DNA of 61,650 nt, filler included, from Choristocarpus tenellus KU-1152 (taxonomy: Eukaryota; Protista; Phaeophyceae): NCBI GenBank assembly GCA_964200185.2. It is 9 parts of 9 records of this genome, joined end to end, with 100 filler letters (N's around TTAATTAATTAA, not from the genome) between each part and the next. Parts side by side here need not be neighbours in the genome. Positions count along the whole stretch, not along the records: positions 1 to 4,079 come from CAXNAD020016329.1; positions 4,180 to 11,310 come from CAXNAD020006637.1; positions 11,411 to 15,421 come from CAXNAD020016679.1; 6 more parts are not named here. One strand, 5' to 3'. Positions 1-12,951 of this stretch are shown one piece after another (within the stretch, counting starts at the first letter, position 1; each line of letters begins with the position of its first letter). Both the position numbers and the translations under genes were made by a program. The notes beneath the pieces are model-generated. The model searched no databases and was not told the DNA's origin. It saw only the letters and a program-made list of their open reading frames with translations.

Positions 1-72
1 AATATCGGACATGAAAAAAGTGACCCCAATTGGACAGCCGCCACCTTCCCCCCCCCCCAGATACTTTGAGCC
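1..72 (-). mobile_element. MITE family B, right end
   Basis: gacatgaaaaaag..ccccaattggacagccgccacc-polyC-agatactttgagcc. Confidence 0.85.
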
Positions 73-1273
73 TTTCATCGATTCCCCAATGTGATGCACA
101 TTACACATGATGTCTTGTAGGTGGTGACAAGTACTCTCAACAGCATTGTGAAGAAGCACGACAGCGATCTTCATAAGGCTGTCTGCGGCCTGACCAAACA
201 CCAAATGAACAGAATCGTGTGCAGAAGGCATGCTCTGTGAGTCACATCAGAAAAACACCAGGCTTGTAGTGTTCTTTGCACGAGGTTACACAAAAAAACG
301 TACGCACATTAAGCCGAAAGATGTACATGCATTTATGTTTCAAGATATACCTTGAAGTACTTAGTATGACAAACACTTAACCCCCTTTGTTCTATGCTTC
401 AAATCTGCGAGTGTGTACACAGTACCTTTTCAGCCTCCTATTCAAATTGTAGTTTCTGATGTGAAGCACAACTCAATGGGGGGACAGGGGAAAGAGGTAC
501 CACTCTGAATCACCACCTAACAAGTAGCATGGCGTACTGCATGTCTCATCCGTCTCATCTCCATTTGGGGTGGACATTGGCATGGTAAGCATGTAATACA
601 TTTTTTCAGTTACCTCTCTTGCTTCAGTTATGCAATTTCTTGACAGTGATGGAACATACCTACACTTGTTTGAAATCCTTGTAGATTGGACGTTGGTCAT
701 GTCCACCACTATCACACAAATACTAGCAGCAGGTCAGCTTGCTGAGTTCCCTCTCCTCATCAACATGGAGCATGTGGCTACTATAACGGTCTCCTGGGCA
801 GAAGCAATTTCATGATAACATAATTTAGTTGCGATTCACCATTAGTACTATATGTCACAAGTGTGTGGTACCTGCTACAACAAGACGTTGGGCAAGGAGG
901 TAATCGAAAGAAATGGGTATCAGGTAGAGTCATGCTGATCTAAACTCCAGATGTGGCAGTGTAACATACTCCGGAGTATATTCGAAGATCTACAGATACG
1001 TCTACATTGACAATGTGCACAACTCTGAGAGTAATTAACTATCTAAAGCTTCACTGGAAACGATGTATTTTCCAATACACTTGGCTGTAGTGTTGAATGC
1101 CTTCGCCAAAGGGTGATGGTTTTGAACATCAACAAGCTTGTGTAACCTCCTTCCATCCAAATTTCTCTTACTATGCCTACTCGGTAGTCAATCCCGTTTA
1201 CCATGTTCATTGGCCTTAGGAGTTGAAGATTGTCTTCTTAGCAAGATGTGTTTACTTGCTTGTTCTGGCAGCA

Positions 1274-1531
1274 GAGCCAAAGTATCTAAGAGGGTAGGGC
1301 TGCGTCCATTTGGGGGTCAAAATCCAATGTTGTGATTTTGATGTAATTTTGGCTATCATGTTAGTTAGGAAGTTTCAATATCCTTGTTCCGGGTACACCT
1401 TTTCATAACATACACACTTTTCTACTCCAAACTTTTTTCGAAGTAGAAAAACGTCATAAAAGAACCCATGGGAAGCCAAACCCGAAATGGACAAACAGGG
1501 CAAAACTCGTACCCTCTAAGATACTTCACTC
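1274..1531 (+). mobile_element. MITE family A
   Basis: GAGCCAAAGTATCTAAGAGGGTA...TACCCTCTAAGATACTTCACTC. Flanks agca/agta. Confidence 0.9.
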
Positions 1532-1596
1532 AGTAGACCCATGTGTGTTTATCCATACATATTTGTTGTTGTGTACTTGTGGGTGGATGGATGGTG

Positions 1597-2325
1597 CATG
1601 TGTGGAGGCAGTGTACCCTGTGGTTTGTCATCATCTTTGAATGGTGACTCCTAAAATACTACATAGTATGGGGGGCAGAGGATGGATCAGGGACACACAA
1701 TTGAAGTAATACTTGCCTTGACATGACACCTGTTGAGAATGTTAGGTTGTGCATCCCATGATACACCATTGTCACTTCACCTGTTTGTCATCAAGGTGGA
1801 TGGTGGATTTGGCACGGGGATTTCAGAGTTGGAAAATCTAACTGTGCTTCTATGTGACCATGATACATGTGGAAGCAGTGCTTCCTGTTATCATCATTAT
1901 CTTTGAATGTTGACCTCTAAAGAGATCAGGTAGAATGGGGGGGTGGGATAGATCAGAGAGTGAAATTATCTTAGAGGGTATAAGTTTTTCCCTGTGTGTC
2001 CGTTTGGGGCTTGACTTCCCATGAACTTTTTATCACATTTTCCTACCCTGAAATGTTTTGGAGTAAGTAAAATGTATACACGAAGAGGTGTGTCTGGAAC
2101 AAGGATATCGACACTTCCTGACAAACACAATAGCCAAAATTACATCAAAATCGCAACAATTGATTTCAACCCCCAAATGAACGCGGCTCTGCCCTCCAAG
2201 ATACTTTCACTTAGAAACACGATGTTGTATAATACTTGCCTTGACATGGCATCTAATGAGACACAATAGGTGATGTACCCCATGACACACCAACGTCACT
2301 TCACCCGTTTGTCATCAAGGTGGAT
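1597..2325. repeat. Diverged tandem duplication (about 205-bp segments 1597-1801 and 1866-2325, the latter carrying a MITE)
   Basis: Shared blocks catctttgaat, taatacttgccttgacatg and gtcacttcacc(t/c)gtttgtcatcaaggtggat. Confidence 0.8.
1958..2212 (-). mobile_element. MITE family A
   Basis: TIRs present, TSD aga/aga. Inserted in one copy of a local duplication whose other copy (about 1685-1700) is the empty site. Confidence 0.9.
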
Positions 2326-3824
2326 TTGAAAGGCTCAATTTACGGCATGTGTGCTTGCAGGATGGGAAAATCGTACCCCGGCAACACCAAAGGAATACTC
2401 CAGTAGTGCGCAATAAGTACCTTTCTGACAACCATCAAGCCGAGCGCCCCCTATCCCACAGCCCTTCACGAATATTGTATCTCAACACATGATCTCCTTC
2501 GTGTTTCTTCACACCAGAAGCACTCTACCCTCCACCTTTTGACATGGCATGTTCCAATATGTTGATCATCTTGGGCTCGTCGGTGCTCGAACAATCCGTT
2601 GACAGTGATATAATGAAATGTGCTGAAGCAAAAACAATGGATCATGCGACAAAGAGAATAACTGGAAAAAACCACGAGTTTGCAACACCAAGGGTGAAAA
2701 GTGCGGCCAAGAGCAGGGATGCAATTTCTGTGCTGAACTCCGTGGTGGATACCAAGGATAGAATCCTGAAGGAGGCTATTTGTTCACTGGATCCGAAGCA
2801 GAGAAACCGCCTTATTGTCGGGAGGAACGACTTTGTCAAATTTGTGAGCAATTTGTCTCTCTTGCATGAGAACAAGAGGGGGGGTATGAACGGGAAACAG
2901 ATAGAACATATAAACAACGAGACACTGCATTCCATAGATGTAGGAAGCCATGCCTCACAGCATGACATTCCCACCATTAGCATCAGCAAACACCTTGTGT
3001 GATCGAATAGCCAAGGCATTTTTTTCTGACTATGGCAGTTGCACCTCTGCTTGTCGACACTGCTAATATATGTATCCACCTCATCCCCTGAACCTTGTGA
3101 TATGACTTTGGCTTGCAAAAAAAAAAGAAGGAATGATCAGTAAAGAGTGTTGAATCATTTTTCGATTTCTCTTCTCTCCATCATGTATGTCGTGTAGATG
3201 TATGTGTACATGTCCTGACAAATGTGCCACAAATGCCTTTCAGTTTATCAATCAACTTATATATCGAATATTCTTGTTCTGAGGGGAGGTTTCAGAGAGG
3301 ACACATCTCCAGGTATGCAACAGTAGGTAGGAACTCTTGTGAGGTCTAGTTCCTGAGATGTTGGTGTGTTAATTAGTATGGAAACCTTCCACTTCCAGTA
3401 TTGCAAATGGGTTGCCTCTCTCCCTGCCCAGTCCCCAAGAACAGGACTGTCTTCTTTCATGCAATGCTGCCAAAGTGTGTGGGTTATGGTCGAGTATCCT
3501 TGCCTCACAGGTCTTGTACACTTTCACCAGCTTTTTCTTGGGAGGGCACAAAAATGGTTTGGGTAACCGATGAATATCAAGAGCAGTGATTAAGATCCTC
3601 TGAAATACTTCTCAACACGAAGAGTGTCCCCTTCCCCAGGAAGAGCTAAGGAAAAAGCAGAGGGAGACATTTGCAGGGATGCGGCTTGGAATAAACGCTG
3701 CTGATCATAAATTTGCCACGGAGAGGGTGAAGCAGGTCTGTTTCCAGCATGAGCTCAACATAATTCTTGATTGAATTTCGTTGATGAAATGTTGTTTTGA
3801 TATTCTTGGTGTTGCCTCCACAAC

Positions 3825-3890
3825 GTGATGTGATGCAATGTGATGCAATGTGATGCAATGTGATGCAATGTGATGTAATGTAATGCAAAT
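3825..3890. repeat. (TGATGCAATG)n minisatellite
   Basis: About 6 units of a 10-mer with 5-bp subperiod. Confidence 0.9.
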
Positions 3891-3988
3891 GAGACGGGAC
3901 TACTTCAACATCTTCTTAATCTCGCAGGCAGATAGATTCCAAAACATCTACATTAATCAGTATTCAGACAAGAATACAAAAATAAAGG

Positions 3989-4079
3989 GACCCAAAGTAT
4001 CTGGTGGGTGGGGTGGGTGGGTGGGGGGTCTACACCAGGGTATCCAATTGGGACATAACCAGGAAAAGTGCACTTACAA
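3989..4079 (-). mobile_element. MITE family B, left part (contig end)
   Basis: GACCCAAAGTATCTGG-polyG-tctacaccagggtatccaattgg..ccaggaaaagtgc. Confidence 0.85.
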
Positions 4080-4179
4080 NNNNNNNNNNNNNNNNNNNNN
4101 NNNNNNNNNNNNNNNNNNNNNNNTTAATTAATTAANNNNNNNNNNNNNNNNNNNNNNNNNNNNNNNNNNNNNNNNNNNN
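4080..4179. other. Artificial contig linker N44-TTAATTAATTAA-N44 (also at 11311-11410, 15422-15521, 27200-27299, 31295-31394, 42227-42326, 45392-45491, 53208-53307)
   Basis: Eight identical 100-bp spacers with stop codons in all six frames. Confidence 0.98.
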
Positions 4180-4379
4180 AGGGGATGAGAGGTAGGGGGG
4201 GGGGGGGGGGGGGGGGGGGGGTGGCGGCTGTGAATTCAGGACCCATTTTTTCCTGTTGCGATTTTTTGTGTGATTTGGTTGGATGCGCTGGATGGATAAT
4301 GCATGAGCACTTCTCCTGGTCAGGGCCCTAATGGACACCCTGGTGTAGACCCCACCCCCCCTTCCAGATACTTTGACCC
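4180..4379 (+). mobile_element. MITE family B (left end lost at contig start)
   Basis: polyG-tggcggctgtg..cctggtcagggcc..atggacaccctggtgtagacccc..ccagatactttgaccc. Confidence 0.8.
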
Positions 4380-5020
4380 AGATCATCTGCATCAACAGAG
4401 GCCTCAATGATTTTCTCTCTTCTTCATATCATCAAGGTTGATACAAGCTCTTTGTCTATAGTTGAGAAATCGACAGTAGTTGAGCCCCTGTCATCTTCGC
4501 TGTCTGATATACTTCTACTCTGGAGCATTAGGCAATAGACGGCTGTGCTGAGATCCTGAAGACGTTCAATGTATTGGCATGGCAACCGAATCTTGGAGCA
4601 ATATCTGGATTCGATCTACTCTACAAGTTCAGATCTAGGGATGAAACAAACAAGGTGAATTTTTCACACTTGTTTTTGCATGATCTTCAAGCACTCGAGA
4701 GCTATTTGAGTAGCTATTAGAGTCAGTTACATTCCCACGTTGGTGGAGGTTAAGAATATGAATAGGAGTTGACAAGGAATGGCATTTATCTTTTCCTGCC
4801 TTGGATGATGATACAGTGTTGATGGTTTGATATTAGGCAAATGCTAGGATGTGAAGATTTTGCCAATGTGTGTGATGCCTGTCAACTGTGTGCATTTGTT
4901 TGAAAAAAAAATGTTGGAGTGTAGAGCACAACATAGCCTAAATAAAGTCACACTCCCTGAAACGTTTCCTTTATCCCTCTAACATCGCCTTTGACTATAT
5001 CTCTGTTGTGCTCTTAACAG

Positions 5021-8000
5021 AGAAATATTAGAGGCCGAGCAATGGACAGTCATAATATCTCCACCATATTTCCAGACATCTTTATCCGGGGAACCTATCA
5101 GGCATTAGTGGTCAGGGCAAAAATCCTTGTCAAGAAAACTTGCCCAATAAGTTTCATAGCCTATAATGGTGCGTGCTTGGTACGTTTCACATTTTCATGT
5201 CTCGATTGCAATAGCAGTTGAATGTCATACCACATCCCCAACCTGCATTTCTAGCTCTGGAAACAGAAATATATGAAATGTGAAAGAAAAAAAAACTCCA
5301 CGAAAAAAACTTGCTGACAGTCTAGCCAACGACCCAAAGCATTTGAGAGGGTAGGAGTTTTGCCCTTCTGTCGTTTCAGGCCTTGACTTCCCAAGGGTTT
5401 TTTATGCTATTTTTCGGTTTTCTGTGTGAGCACTAACCCTAACCCTAAAATGTGTACCACTAAAAATGGTGTGTCCATAGCAAGGATATTGACACTTGCT
5501 GACAAACACAATAGTCGAAATTAACGACCTCAAAACGGAGGTGGCCCTACCCTCTTAAATGCTTCGGGTCAACCTTCTGCGATTTGGGGGTCATCCTTCA
5601 GGCCCCAACAAACAATATGTGAACAATATACTTCAACTGTCATTTGCAGACAAGACGAGAGACCTTATTGGCACAGCGGGGGAGTATGTTCACTTTTGGG
5701 ACTTGCAGACATCCGACCCGCTACGCCACTTTCGGACACCTTCCAAACAAGAGATTACCTGCATAACCACTGACCAGCCCGATCAGAGTCGTCTCTTCAT
5801 TGGTACAGTAGGAGGAAACATATCCGAATTTTGCATGGTGACTGGGCAGGTGAAGCCCTGCATTGGTGTGCTTTTACTGACGAGAGTGGGTTATTCATGT
5901 GTGCGGGTCTTGATTTGAGGCGACTACTTTAGAGCGAAATGGGTAGCTGATCTCTGAGCCATAATTACCTTTGCAGTAAATAATTGGGATATATTTCTGG
6001 TCTCAGAGTAGGTGCTAATTTTGTACAGTGTATCAGGGGTAGCAAGTAGTTTTTTTCTAGTTCAGTGATGTCTTTCATCATTTGCAATTTTGCAATTTAC
6101 TTGGGGTTACTAGTATATTTTCTTTATAACGATACCAAAGATAAAAAGAAAAAAATAGTGCTTTGTCCTCAAATTGGCACCGTATCACTGGAGTGCAATA
6201 ATCAGACTACTGCAGTTTGTGGCAATATATTGTTCAACTCCACTGTCCGGAAACTGTCCCAACCTAGCAATTACATTATCTTTTCTTTTCGCTTCATATC
6301 TTCTTTTTTTTCCTCCGTCCATGATTTTCACTTGAAAAACCAAGTGGAGATACACTGATAATCAATATTTTCATCATATATAGATATATATACTGGAGTA
6401 TGTTTTCTTGCTGTGGGATAAGGCTAGGGTTATGTAAGTACTGTTGAGTATCAATAGAGGTTGCATTTCTTTGCTCTATTCAACAGTGATGAGGTCAGGT
6501 CCTCCATGGTGATGCTGGATGTGTTAATACTCTGTTTGCATCGGCAGAGTGCTCTATTAAGCTCCCATTGAACCAATGTAGACTAGAGGTACCCAGGTCT
6601 TGACCGAATTGAATTAGATCCATTTTTTCCCTCTTTTGCGAGTCACCCTCACAGGCATAGATAAAGTGCTAAGATTGACCTGAGAATGTCAATTTTTCTA
6701 TTGTTTGAAAAAACTCAAAGCACTTTAGAAAATTCCCCATACATGCTTGTATAGAAGCCGCATATTGCACGATTTGTCAGCATCCTCAAAATGCAACCCC
6801 GGTTACCTCACATCAATTTTGACTCATTCAAAATTTATTCCAATACTTTTCTCAAGTATTTTTTTCCTTTTTTTCCGAATTTCCTTTGAAATTATAGTCC
6901 TGTTCTTCTTCATATACTTTATATTTTTGGGACAAACTCCGAACACTCTCTGTTCTGGTGTAAGAATACATTATCGCTATGATATTGTTCACAGGGCTGT
7001 ACGATTCTCAAACCAAGCACATAGTATTGCTTCATCAGAGGTGTGTCAATGATACGACCAAGAGAATCCTTCTCTCGACCTTCAGAGGTTGACGTTATTT
7101 TCCGTTGACAGCATTGCCTCCAGATGGAAGTGACAGCCTTCTACTTTTCATCCTCTGCACGTGTCACACTTGGTGAAAAACTGATGATCAATGTTTGCCT
7201 ACTACCAATTGATACACTTGTTCAATGTCGCCTGTTGCAGCTTCTACTGGAGCTCAAGAGAGTTCACCATGGGTCTGTAACATCTCTCATCTTCTGCCAA
7301 ACGACTTCGAAACAGATCATATCAACAGGAAGCGATTGTCGAATTGTATTGCACCGTGAAGACATCTCCAAATCTCGATTCAAGTTTGTTGGAAGCAAGG
7401 AAGAGGCACGTTTCTTACATCAAGAATCATGTAGACTTGAAAAAGAAAACACACGCGCGCGCGCGCACTTTTTTGCTTCATGTACACAAGCTAAAGGGAA
7501 GCTTTACCCCTTCTCGTTGCATTTTCATGTGTAGTATTGAGCTCCAGCTATAGAACAAGAAACGTTACGGTGGGTCACCCTGCTTCGGTGAACTAGGCTA
7601 TCTAATATTGTCACCACTATTATCAGTTGTCCCATCTTTCGTTAGGCATTGCGAACAATCCGTTTTTCATGTAATCTGCCGGTCTCCTCCGCACAGGCCC
7701 ACAAAGGCAGCATTACAGCCTGTGCTGTTTCTGAAGAGACGTACTTGATTGCAACAGCATGCGGCGGGGATATCTGCCTTTGGAGTATCATGGCAAGTGG
7801 AGTCTTCAGGAGTGTGTACCCAAAATAATTGGGATTGGAAGAAGAAATGGGAAGGCAACAACAACATACAAAAATAGTACATATGAGGAATGTAGCGTAT
7901 ATTTTTTGAGGGAGTGAGATGTAAGTTCCATGAAATCATGTCAACAGTACAACTAGACGTGTGAATAAATCTGCTGTACTAAAAACTATACAAATATGTC

Positions 8001-11000
8001 GCTAAGGAACACAGATGTTTACAGAATAGGCGAAGGAACTTGGGAAAATTATTTGAAAGATACGGACTTGTTTCTGATGTTCCACACATTTCTTATTCCT
8101 CCACTGGCTCTGAAATTAGGATCCAAACCATTAATGAATGGCTAACTCGAACCTTTACAAACAGAGAGAAACAACTTCCCCCGAAAATCTATATACTGGG
8201 AGCAGAGGAGATTTGATTATATATTTAGTACTTTGCTTTTTGTTGAACCTTCTACAGCGAATCTCATTTGTGGGCTACATCTTTCTAGATTTTCGAATAT
8301 ATTGAGTGACAGAGTTCCACATGTCTTTATTCCCTTTGCCACCAACAATATATTGTGAAAGAGGGCTGGTTGGTTCTCCGTTTCTATAGTCTCGGTTTGT
8401 TTCACATCCACGAAATGAATTCTCGCGAAGAAGATTCTGGAGTAGAAATTATGGAATAATATTATTATAGAAATTATGCTGTTTGCCTACAGGATCTGAG
8501 GTTCGAGGGAGGAACGGCGGGGCTTGAAGCAGATATACGGAGCCTCAAATTTATTCCGCAGACAACGTGTTTGATAACTGGTGACTCCAGTGGTAAGGTC
8601 ATTCTCTGGTTAGTGGTATTCTCCTGTGAGGCTCAAGGCAAAACCATCATAGGAACACGTCAAAATAGAGAGATGGAATGGAAGGAGGAGACTGATGGGC
8701 CACAAGAACTGGCAGTCGAGTGGCCAGGGGGGAGAAAAGACAGCGGGTATGAATTTGGCATCAAACTAAAATACATGTTTACTATTGCAGAGTACTTATT
8801 AACAGGAAGGTGAGAGCGGTCAGGAAGCATGCGCCTCCGGCAGATTGGGTACAACGCTGTGAAAATGCGTAAGCAACATGGATGACAGACGGCTAACTAA
8901 CTACTTTCAAATATGAGTCTCGAACATTATGACTGGGAGAATTGGGAACTTTGAAACATGACTGGCCAATTCTAAGGCATTTTATTTTGTCGTTCTCTTG
9001 AACCATTGGTTCATTTTCTAAGTCTCTGAAATTACCCTATCCCTCCTTGCACTGATATGTATACCCGTTGACCCATTGTTGATTCATGCATGTACATCAG
9101 GTTTCCTCTACTAGTGTCTCTGATCACGATGCCAACAGTATTATACGACCCCCCTGTCTGTGTTGGAGCAGGAATTCAATTCCAGAGAAGGTATCAACTC
9201 AATTTCCACTGCCACCAGTACGAACTTCACCATCTTCATCATTGCTGTCATCACCACTACAAGCTCGACCTGTGAGTGCGACAGGCCCTAGAAGAGGCAC
9301 AGATGAGAGTTTAAGGGGGGAGAAGGTGCAATAGCTCTTTCCCCTGCTTGCAGCTAAACCTTGAAAAGGAAGATAGAAGAATAGTATCCTGCAAAGAAGT
9401 GGGGAGAGAGTCTAAGGGGTCAAAGTAAGCGAGAGGTACCCAGATTGAAAAACCAGCTTAAAATGAAAACAGTTGAATCCTGGCCACCTCTCATTTACTT
9501 TGACTCAAAGCAAACCTTACCAAATGTCCTCCCACTAATAAGTGGCAATCATCCTTGCTTGAACCTTCATTTCAACCTCAAGTTTTCTTCCTTTTCATCT
9601 TTAGAAAATATACAACCATGCCTCTCTCGCTGGGAACAGTTCTTGCACGCCTACAATCACAATAAGCTCTCTCAAAGACAGAGCTGATAACCTATCAAAT
9701 TCAAACAATGTTCAGGATACGAATCGGTAACTTAAGTCCTAGTATATGCAAAGCAACCTATAAACTCACTCCCATATCAGCCCTTTTCATTCTCACCTTG
9801 CTGGGGGATATTTCTTGCACAAAAGTCAAAGGTATCTGCTGGTGTATGCACCTTGCAGCCTTTGGCCCTAATGTTTTCTTCTCAATCAAGCAAGAGGGAA
9901 CAGGGATCAGTGGATACTCTCTGCCTTCATTGGATGTTCAACTTGCAGGGGAAAAAAAATGGAGTAGATGCAGGCTGTGAAGGCGGTATGGAAAACGATA
10001 GAGGGGAGGTGGTGGGAGGTAGAGGTATGGGACCAACGCAGGATGGTTGCAATATGGTGAATGTTATACCAGCATATATCGACGCCTTGTCAAACCTATT
10101 TGTCTTGGCTGGGGGTGCAGGAGGCTGGGTTGATCTGTGGAATGCAAACAACCTCTTGAAAGAAGCAGGCATTGACATGTGAGTATGAATGTGGTGAAGG
10201 AACAGGACATTCATAGTCCCATCTCTGTCAACTCTCGATACAAAGAATAATGCCATGATACCATGCAGAAAGATAGTTTGCTGTTCCACATCCTCACCGC
10301 TCAAATATCCTAGGATATTTCAAAATACTCTGAGTACGTAGGATAAACATGAAGAAATTTATATGGTAATACAAATGAGGAAATATCGAAAAAATAGATA
10401 TTCTTTCAACACAAAGTGCTTCCTGAGCTTCTACTGAGCCAAAGCATTTATGAGGGTAGGGCCGCGTCCGTTCTGGTTCGAAATACCAATGTTGCAATTT
10501 TGATGTCATTTTGGCTATCATGTTTGTTAGCAAGTGTCAATATCCTTGCTCTGGACACACCTTTCATGGTCGTACTCCGAAATGTTTCGGAGTAGGTAAC
10601 TGTGTTCACACAGAAATCCGAAAAAGGGTAAAGGGGATTTAATAAAAACGAGGGAAGCCAAGCCCCCAAACGGATAAATAGGGGGCAAAACTCCTACTCT
10701 ATTAAATGCTTTAGCTCACTCTTACTGTGCAGGCATAAGACTTCATTTTACAAGCCGGTCTTCAGTTGTCAAGAGGCCCACCCTTGCCCTCCCTTGCTTG
10801 CCTGTGGAAAACATTCAACTCTACATCTTTAAGGAGGGTTATGGCTGAGGATCTATACAGGCGAAAAAAAGAAGTTGCACACCGGCAGGTTCACTCCAGT
10901 TTCTGCTCCATCCATCCTGGGCTCATTGATCCACTAGGTCATCTCAGCAATCTCTCTGGTTCGAAGGAAACGCACTGTATCCTGAGGAGGTCAGGGCTGC

Positions 11001-11140
11001 CCTTAATACCACCGATGCTGTGTTGGAAGGCCCATAGAAGATCCCTATTGACATGTATATGCCCGCTTCTCCAGATGCCAATGGTTGTAACCGCAAGCAC
11101 AGATGGAACTGTGAAGCTTTTTACGCTGATGAATGTACAG
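5021..11140 (+). CDS. WD40-repeat protein, multi-exon, partial (WDR49/CFAP-like architecture possible)
   Basis: Phase-compatible exons 5021-5168, 5650-5849, 7241-7405, 7646-7792, 8493-8608, 8806-8868, 9115-9325, 9949-10178, and a last visible exon ending at 11140 (acceptor uncertain: about 10861, 10899 or 10938). Spliced translation gives WD repeats: CPISFIAYN|DKTRDLIGTAGEYVHFWD, HHGSVTSLIFC..IISTGSDCRIVLH, AHKGSITACAVS..IATACGGDICLWS, LITGDSSGKVILW, VLAGGAGGWVDLWN, WKAH..VVTASTDGTVKLF. Start and stop are not visible. Confidence 0.8.
5331..5570 (-). mobile_element. MITE family A, subfamily A2 (AAAGCATTT TIR), in a WD40 gene intron
   Basis: GACCCAAAGCATTTGAGAGGGTAGG...CCTACCCTCTTAAATGCTTCGGGTC. 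TSD aac/aac. Confidence 0.88.
6584..6811 (-). mobile_element. Older MITE-like family C, in a WD40 gene intron
   Basis: Ends (T/G)AGAGGTACCC...GGTTACCTCAC. The reverse complement aligns by eye with 54637-54790 (ggggttgcatttt..ggc..tatacaa..ttttctaaa..tttcaaacaat.gaaaaa..tcaat). Confidence 0.6.
10436..10717 (+). mobile_element. MITE subfamily A2, in a WD40 gene intron
   Basis: GAGCCAAAGCATTTATGAGGGTAGG...TTAAATGCTTTAGCTC. TSD act/act. Confidence 0.88.
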
Positions 11141-11237
11141 GTGTGAGGCATACAATCGAGGTAGGCGCAGGGTCAACGAGGGGCTAATCGCAAGGGTAGT
11201 GAGTGGTGGGGCTTGTTGAGTAATGCTGTTATGTATT

Positions 11238-11310
11238 GAGCCAAAGTATCTTAGAGGGTAAAACCGCGTCCATTTGGGGGTCAAAATACAATGTTGTGAT
11301 TTTGATGTAA
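11238..11310 (+). mobile_element. MITE family A, truncated by contig end
   Basis: GAGCCAAAGTATCTTAGAGGGTA..GTCCATTTGGGG, then the linker. Confidence 0.85.
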
Positions 11311-12951
11311 NNNNNNNNNNNNNNNNNNNNNNNNNNNNNNNNNNNNNNNNNNNNTTAATTAATTAANNNNNNNNNNNNNNNNNNNNNNNNNNNNNNNNNN
11401 NNNNNNNNNNTTCCAATTTTTGTTTTTTTTGCGGCCTCACTCTCTCCCCCCCCCCCCCCCCCCTTTTTTTCACTTGGACTGATTATCCCACTATTAGGCA
11501 ATCCCCCTTCTTTAATCACTTTCTTTCCTTGTGGTGATTTGTAAATTATTGTAGAACAATGCCCCCGAAACTTCTGTAGGTTTAGCCCTCAAATGCCTAC
11601 CCTTGTGAGCAGTAGCCCTTTATTCACAAGGTCACCTCAAATTATTTACACAGGGTTGTGTGGGAGCTACGATTAATCATTCCCCTCCCCCCCTCTTTAT
11701 ATTGGTGTACTCTTCTTTACGTTCATATTTTCCAATATCATGCTCTCTCCCCATCCCTTTTAGCTATCACATCTCTTTTTTTAATAATCTCTTCCGACTG
11801 TACATCTACTCACAATCCTCAATTCTTTCTTACTTCCGTAGCGTTCACTCCACTCCAACCCCCCACCTACCACGTGTCCTCACACAATACTTTTATATTA
11901 TCTCCACCTACTTTTGTAGCGGTCACTCCGCCTAAGAAAACAAATCATAATAAAAATTCCAACTCTCACATCCCTCATTCAGTCCTCCTCTCTATACAGG
12001 TTTTCTATTTTTCTTTACTTCTTGTCTCACGTCCTCCCCCAACTTGTAGCTACACTACGTAACATATATATATATGACTACTCATATTGACATAACCGTT
12101 GATTCACAGGGTACCTATGCCTAATAAAAGGTTTATTTACTAGCCCCGTACCTTCCGCGCGTGACCTTTGTCTGGGGTGGTCCCCCCTACCTACATCATC
12201 CTACCATGCGCCCACGCTGTTCTTTTTTTTTGCCATATGGGTGGGGTTGGCCCATGTCAGCAGCGGAAGACAACCTACGTCCTCTATCACCGATCGATAC
12301 AGACCTGATATCTGCCCCCGCTCTACATTTCAGGCCATATTTAAACTGTACTTTACCAGATTGTCGCAGGTACACCACCTCTACCATGACCTATTATCTT
12401 TTCTCTTTTTGTCGTGAACTCCATGGGATAAACATGTTAGTGACATAAACGGCACACTCTACTATTCATCCCCAACTACCGTTTACACTGTCGCTCTACC
12501 AGGACCCTCAACCTTTTCCCGTCCTGCTTTGTGTACCAGCCTATAAATTATTGTTTGTAACCTGCAGTATTAAACATGTACTCCACTCTCTGCCATTACC
12601 ATTATCGTCAGGATCGGCCCGATTCGTCATTTACGCCTTTATCCTGTTTTGCTCCGCCATAACATCGATAACATCATGGTCCGTCCTTCGCACTTTCTTC
12701 TTCTATGGATTTCCCCAGGTACCCCTTCGATAGTGTCTGAATCTCTCACTTAATACACATGTCCTATTCCTGCCATACAATTGTCCACGATGTTTTTCAT
12801 CGTCACTGTCATCACCCCCCTTACCTTGTGAGCTATTCCTAAACATTTGTATATCTTGTCCTCACGACCCCCCGCCTTTTCCACATGACCCTTCCATCTT
12901 TCAACTGTCGGGAAGATTGTTCGGGTTCTTCCTTGATCCATTCCGACGAAC

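Noticed and set aside
5331-10717. MITEs as introner-like intron-creating elements
   Set aside because: The copies lie inside larger introns and their ends do not coincide with the inferred splice sites.
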